NCBI GenBank assembly: GCA_029858305.1 | Contig: JAOUFI010000001.1 | Location: 160,001-224,000, forward strand | Origin: Candidatus Thorarchaeota archaeon | GTDB lineage: Archaea > Asgardarchaeota > Thorarchaeia > Thorarchaeales > Thorarchaeaceae | Direction: 5' to 3' | DNA: 64,000 bases | Part shown: positions 59,592 to 64,000 of the stretch, one piece after another | Layout: every line of letters starts with the position of its first letter | How positions within the stretch are numbered: position 1 is the stretch's first letter | Made by a program: the position numbers and the translations under genes | Notes under the pieces: generated by a model | Databases searched by the model: none | What the model was told of the DNA's origin: nothing | What the model saw: only the letters and a program-made list of their open reading frames with translations

Positions 59592-59729
59592 TGGTGGGGA
59601 CGGTGGGATTTGAACCCACGATCGACGAGTTACGCCAAGACGACGGTCGTTTATTGACCCCGCTCATTTCCGGTGCGAATTGCACCCAGATCTGGAGCCC
59701 GTCGCCTTACCGGTCTAGGCCACGTCCCC
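59592..59729 (-). tRNA. tRNA-Trp(CCA) with a 61-nt intron at 37/38 (59631-59691)
   Basis: GGGGACG/CGTCCCC acceptor; ACGGG-CTCCAG|A-CTCGT; TTCAAAT T-loop; relaxed BHB. Confidence 0.9.
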
Positions 59730-60227
59730 GAGGTCGAAAGGCACCACTGATGTGCAAGTTAAGAAGTTTTCGTCAGTTTTTGCATCTAAGATTATCATAA
59801 TATTATTGATTCCTTAATACACGGATTTGAAGCACATACGTATTGGTGTTGCTAAATAAAGTAAACATAAAACAGCTAACAATATTCTGCTAATTTACCA
59901 ACTTTTTGTAATTTTTCGGTTAATTCTTTGCAATTATCCGTGTATTTGCATAAGCGAATTGGTTAGGGATTTCCGTATGAGTGATGTACAAATGAAACCC
60001 TGTGAACCTAGCTTACCAGAACCATGGATGTTTTGATTCCAGTCCTTCGGTGTTAGTAATGAAATCATCGTCCCAAGAATGGGACGATGCTGCACTATTT
60101 CTCATTTTTTCTCTTTAATTATCAAGATTAAGGTTTACCTACTTTTCTGATCTGTAAGACGGAAAGAGGATAACTCTAAAATGGATTTCAGAGAATTAAA
60201 TCAGGAATTCGATAGAGGATTCTCTTT

Positions 60228-62249
60228 ATGACAAATTCTAACGCCCTTCCAGTGACGGTTTGGTTAACACCTGAAGAATCCGAAATAGGTATTCTTTCGT
60301 TTAATCGAGAGGATTTAGTGGTAAAGTTAGAATCGGGGAGAATCATTCGTGGAAAAGATTCTGCTAGAGTTCTTTTTGAATTGCAAAATATGATTGTTTT
60401 TGATGGTGATGGCAAAAGCTCAACAATTTCAATTGAGGAAAAATACAAAATTCGGTTGGCACCGGATTTGATTATTGAACGCCCGTATGTCAGTCATGGA
60501 GGACAATTTATCGAAGACATTTTTCCACCATCAACATCAGGATTCTATGGGCGCTTCCAAGCAGGAAAAGGAACAGCTCTATATTTTATTAATAGAATAC
60601 AGGATAGTAATAGGTTTCTACTCTCGGTAACTAATTCTTCTGCTAAGAGAATCTATGAAACTCAATTCATTCAACGGTACGAGGCAGAAGCGCTTTCTTT
60701 AGTTGATGACATTAAGATTTTAGAGTGCATTTATGCAAAATCAGTGATTGCAAAAGAAAAACCCAGACATGAAATTCTGGGCGTTTTGGATGAACCAGCC
60801 CCATCATGGAAAGAGCTATCTAAGATTATTGGAGAGGTTTCTATCCCGAATCTCCGGTTAGGGAATAGTATGAGAGATACAATATCTCAGCTTGTTCCCG
60901 CTTCTTTCCCAAATGAAGTTAGAGAAGAACTTATGGCATTCCTTGCATACGTCGTGAAAAGCAAGATTCCAATGGAAGATCCTCTTATTTATTCATTCAA
61001 ATTTTCTTCAATACCAATAATGGAGAATCTCTTGAATGGACATCTAATGTATCTAATAGACAGGATAAATTGGCCACCTTATGCAAAACTGATGATATTG
61101 GCGGCAAGAGGCCAGCTTGAATCTCCAAAAAGAGCCATTTCTGATGCAATTATGAATACACCATGGCTCCTTTTTAACCAGAAATGCATGGAGCTTCGTC
61201 CAAGCTGGCTAGACATTGCAGTGGATTCAGTAATAAGCCTGAATAAATCAGGTCATGTTGTACTTGGTTTGCCAACCACAAAAAGTGCTGCTAGAAGATC
61301 AAGATCATCCTGGAAGAAAAGGTTTGCTGAACTTTCGTATGGACTAAGGATACGAGGGCAGATTGATTCTTCAATACTAGGCTTAATCGAGCTCGTCTAT
61401 CTGGGTGCAGCCTATCGATGGCCGCATCGGCATATGAAATTCATTTCACGTTTAGGGGCAATTAGTGATAACTCTCCTCACCTGCAGGTAATGATAATGC
61501 CTCCATCAGCAGCCGAACGTGTAAAAAGAGCTATCCCCAATATGTTATCTGTAGGGTGGTCAAAAAGGACTTCAAACTTTGATTTATTTGATAATCAATC
61601 GAAGAAATGGATGGTCCCTATAGGCAGAATTACTGATTCCTTGGATGAAAGAAGTTCAATTAAGAAACTAATTAATGAATTTCGTAAAGAAGATATTCCT
61701 GATTCATATTTGATTTCAAAAGAAGAAACCAGGGTAGCAGACTTTATAGCTGAAGGAATTGAATCTTTTTATTTTGAAATTCCTGAATTCCTAAGTAATT
61801 TTAAAATAAACAAAAATTCGGCTAGTGCAATCATTACAAATCTTGTGAATCGAAAAATATTACAACTGTCATACGATTTGTCTGATCCAAACTTAATTTC
61901 GCTAGCAACAATTATTCAAGGAAATAGTGATGTTGTAACTTCTCTTGTTTCAGCATTTCTCAAACATACGCCATCATCACATGCAAGATTGAACGAAAAA
62001 AGCGATAATGCAGTTATTCTCTCTAGATTTCCAGAAGAATCAATTTACCTAATTGTATCTCAATTGACACAGCTAGGCCCTGAGAGGGAAGTAAATATTC
62101 GTTGTATGAGACCCATAACATTTCAAAGATATACCTCGAATCTCTATCAACGTCTTCTTAGAGAGGATGGAACTTGGGATGATGATGTAAGTGCATTCCT
62201 TTCTCAGGCTAGATCCAAGAGAAGAGAGCTGTCAGAGAGTAAAATGTAG
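60228..62249 (+). CDS. Large hypothetical protein, possibly with a C-terminal winged-helix/Lrp-like region
   Basis: 673 aa ORF in an AT-richer segment; no catalytic motif recognised. Confidence 0.7.
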   Translation: MTNSNALPVTVWLTPEESEIGILSFNREDLVVKLESGRIIRGKDSARVLFELQNMIVFDGDGKSSTISIEEKYKIRLAPDLIIERPYVSHGGQFIEDIFPPSTSGFYGRFQAGKGTALYFINRIQDSNRFLLSVTNSSAKRIYETQFIQRYEAEALSLVDDIKILECIYAKSVIAKEKPRHEILGVLDEPAPSWKELSKIIGEVSIPNLRLGNSMRDTISQLVPASFPNEVREELMAFLAYVVKSKIPMEDPLIYSFKFSSIPIMENLLNGHLMYLIDRINWPPYAKLMILAARGQLESPKRAISDAIMNTPWLLFNQKCMELRPSWLDIAVDSVISLNKSGHVVLGLPTTKSAARRSRSSWKKRFAELSYGLRIRGQIDSSILGLIELVYLGAAYRWPHRHMKFISRLGAISDNSPHLQVMIMPPSAAERVKRAIPNMLSVGWSKRTSNFDLFDNQSKKWMVPIGRITDSLDERSSIKKLINEFRKEDIPDSYLISKEETRVADFIAEGIESFYFEIPEFLSNFKINKNSASAIITNLVNRKILQLSYDLSDPNLISLATIIQGNSDVVTSLVSAFLKHTPSSHARLNEKSDNAVILSRFPEESIYLIVSQLTQLGPEREVNIRCMRPITFQRYTSNLYQRLLREDGTWDDDVSAFLSQARSKRRELSESKM

Positions 62250-62259
62250 AAGATGAAAT

Positions 62260-62898
62260 ATGAAAATGAAAAGAAAGGTGTATTATAATCTGGTATTTCT
62301 GGTCACTATGGTAATTTTGTCACTAGTATCAATCACGGGAGAACCTTCTGGAACCTATCAGCCATCTTCAGTTTTGATGTACCAGCTAACTCAGTCTACT
62401 GGCACCGAATTTGACATGACTCTAATGCCTGGTTTTGCAGACCTGATTCCCGGTACTGAACCTGTGAATTTGATACTCGAACTACGAGTGGGAGTAAGTG
62501 ATCCAGATGGAGTCAGTAAAGTCATTGGAAGCTACAAGAATAATTCGATTAGTGAATGGACAAATGTAACTATGAGTCTGGATGACAGCACTAGTAATCC
62601 TGATGATTACGTTGCTTGGCCTCATAATTATACAATGACTGAACCATCCTTTGTTGTCATCTGGGATATCAAGTTCTATGCGAATGATAGTCTAAATAAT
62701 TGGAATGTTTCAAGTGTACATCAGCTGTCAATATGCAGACAGACTTCGACTTCTATAACCACCACATCTATGATAACTTCTACAACCACAACCAACTCTA
62801 CTACAACCGATTCACTCATAGTTCCATTTGTAATTGTGGCGATTTCTGTTCTCATCATCATACCAGTATTATATATCATATCTCAACGAAGAATCTAA
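62260..62898 (+). CDS. Surface protein: signal/TM, Ig-like beta domain, Thr-rich linker, C-terminal TM
   Basis: VSDPDGVSKV...YANDSLNNWN, TTTTNSTTT linker, several NxS/T sequons. Confidence 0.75.
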   Translation: MKMKRKVYYNLVFLVTMVILSLVSITGEPSGTYQPSSVLMYQLTQSTGTEFDMTLMPGFADLIPGTEPVNLILELRVGVSDPDGVSKVIGSYKNNSISEWTNVTMSLDDSTSNPDDYVAWPHNYTMTEPSFVVIWDIKFYANDSLNNWNVSSVHQLSICRQTSTSITTTSMITSTTTTNSTTTDSLIVPFVIVAISVLIIIPVLYIISQRRI

Positions 62899-62956
62899 AC
62901 GAAGAAAGATGTCAGAGAGTAATGCTTAAAACCAAACATAGAAACACAACGACTTG

Positions 62957-63075
62957 ATGGCGGCCATAGTCCTGAGGGTCTACCTGAACTCGGCCGAACT
63001 CAGAAGTCAAGCCTCAGAACGTCGTGTGGAAATGTGCATTGCGCGAGCGTGCGACAAGCCCACGAGCTGCCACAT
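62957..63075 (+). rRNA. rrf: 5S rRNA, stand-alone
   Basis: TGGCGGC/GCTGCCA terminal helix; GGCCATAG and CCGAACTCAGAAGTCAAGC; about 119 nt; TATA-like TTAAAA about 30 nt upstream and T-tract downstream. Confidence 0.9.
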
Positions 63076-63154
63076 TTTCCTTCTCATGACATCTTCTAAA
63101 ATGACTAGATAGAAGCCATTAAAAGACTAACACAAGAAGACGGATTTGATTCAC

Positions 63155-64000
63155 ATGCAGCTAGGTGGAACAAACGAATACAGTTGGATTATCAATATAG
63201 CATTCTTCGCCTTCATCATGCTATTCAGTCTTTATGGAGCCAAATTCCAAATGTGGCAGTGGCTGAAACAGATAGAGATGGGCTTGAGCGAGATGAAACG
63301 AATGTTTGTGGAGTCGCGACAGACTGCTATTGATACATTCAAAGACTATGGAAAGTCAGAGGAAGATATCGCTAAAGATTTGGACAGGTGGATGGACTAC
63401 TTCACAATAATGCCTGTGGACTTGGACCCTGCAGGTATACTCAAAAGACTTGATCACTTGCTTGATGAACGAAGGGACCGATTCCAAGAGTTTGTTGCAG
63501 ACCTAGCCCCAGAATCAAACGTCAGTATAAATCAGAATCTGGAGAACACACTTGAAGTCACGCAAGTTCTTGGTTTGATTTACAGGGTCGTCAGGCACTT
63601 CTATATTCTTGGAAAGAAGACTGGTAGCCAAATTATGATTATGCAGATTCAGATGCAGATGCCTGACTTACTCAGACTTGCAAAGGCATACTACGACGCT
63701 CTCGGAGCTTTCTCAGAGGGTAAACCCATTGGTGATGGGATTGGCCCATTGGTCGTCACCAAGTTTGCAAGATCTTACGGAGCCACACCAGAAAGTTACA
63801 TTCAGGAGATTTCACGTGAAGTAGGATACTATGTTGTGGAGTCTGAAGGTCGAACAGTTTACGCACTCAGAGCAACAGGACCAGGTGGAACAGTAGGTAA
63901 ACCAGGTTTTGGTGTGAAGAAACTTGTCGAACAGAACAAGAATAAGATTGCACGAATCATCACCATTGATGCCGCATTGAAGTTCGAGGGTGAAGAACTA
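63155..64000 (+). CDS. DUF1512 family protein, partial (runs off the window end)
   Basis: Manual translation: N-terminal TM, F.IMPVDLDPAGI, PIGDGIGPLV, GPGGTVGKPG, IITIDAALKFEGE. Confidence 0.85.
   Translation, partial: MQLGGTNEYSWIINIAFFAFIMLFSLYGAKFQMWQWLKQIEMGLSEMKRMFVESRQTAIDTFKDYGKSEEDIAKDLDRWMDYFTIMPVDLDPAGILKRLDHLLDERRDRFQEFVADLAPESNVSINQNLENTLEVTQVLGLIYRVVRHFYILGKKTGSQIMIMQIQMQMPDLLRLAKAYYDALGAFSEGKPIGDGIGPLVVTKFARSYGATPESYIQEISREVGYYVVESEGRTVYALRATGPGGTVGKPGFGVKKLVEQNKNKIARIITIDAALKFEGEEL

Noticed and set aside
59760-60227. Possible replication origin in the AT-rich intergenic region
   Set aside because: No repeated ORB elements recognised and no adjacent orc1/cdc6
1-64000. CRISPR array, transposase, integrase or reverse transcriptase
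   Set aside because: No regularly spaced repeats and no such protein motifs seen; the islets carry no mobility genes

Overview
Archaeal chromosomal window, most likely from an Asgard archaeon (Thorarchaeia-like). This is inferred from a longin-like protein, an LRR protein, SmAP3, S30e, TFE-beta/RPC34, Mch, a Urm1/SAMP-like protein, cdrS-ftsZ, Nop5-fibrillarin and GGTGA-type ribosome-binding sites. The backbone is housekeeping: rpl3-4-23-2, pyrB/D/K, trm1, rlmE, gar1, srp19, elp3, archease, rnhB and a stand-alone 5S rRNA. Five tRNAs are present, four of them with BHB-type introns (Pro has two; Thr and Ser have T-loop introns). Most notable: (1) a divergently transcribed, apparently three-part PEP-synthase-like dikinase (free His-swivel protein, free ATP-grasp protein, unknown 388-aa partner) with a beta-barrel protein and Fe-S proteins at 1-4417; (2) both T-loop-intron tRNAs are followed by a one-gene islet closed by an intron-less copy of the tRNA 3' end, so the intron lies inside the att-like core, and a similar islet sits at the cyclophilin 3' end; (3) a HypD-like glycyl radical enzyme with GCVE changed to GCVT, inserted in front of rpl3; (4) an unannotated structured-RNA/small-peptide unit at 16.46-16.75 kb; (5) an acetate cluster with a CoA-transferase-GNAT fusion, tandem pilin-like proteins, an M23-like peptidase and a ferredoxin with an apparent ATT start. 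All protein calls come from motif recognition; no database searches were run.
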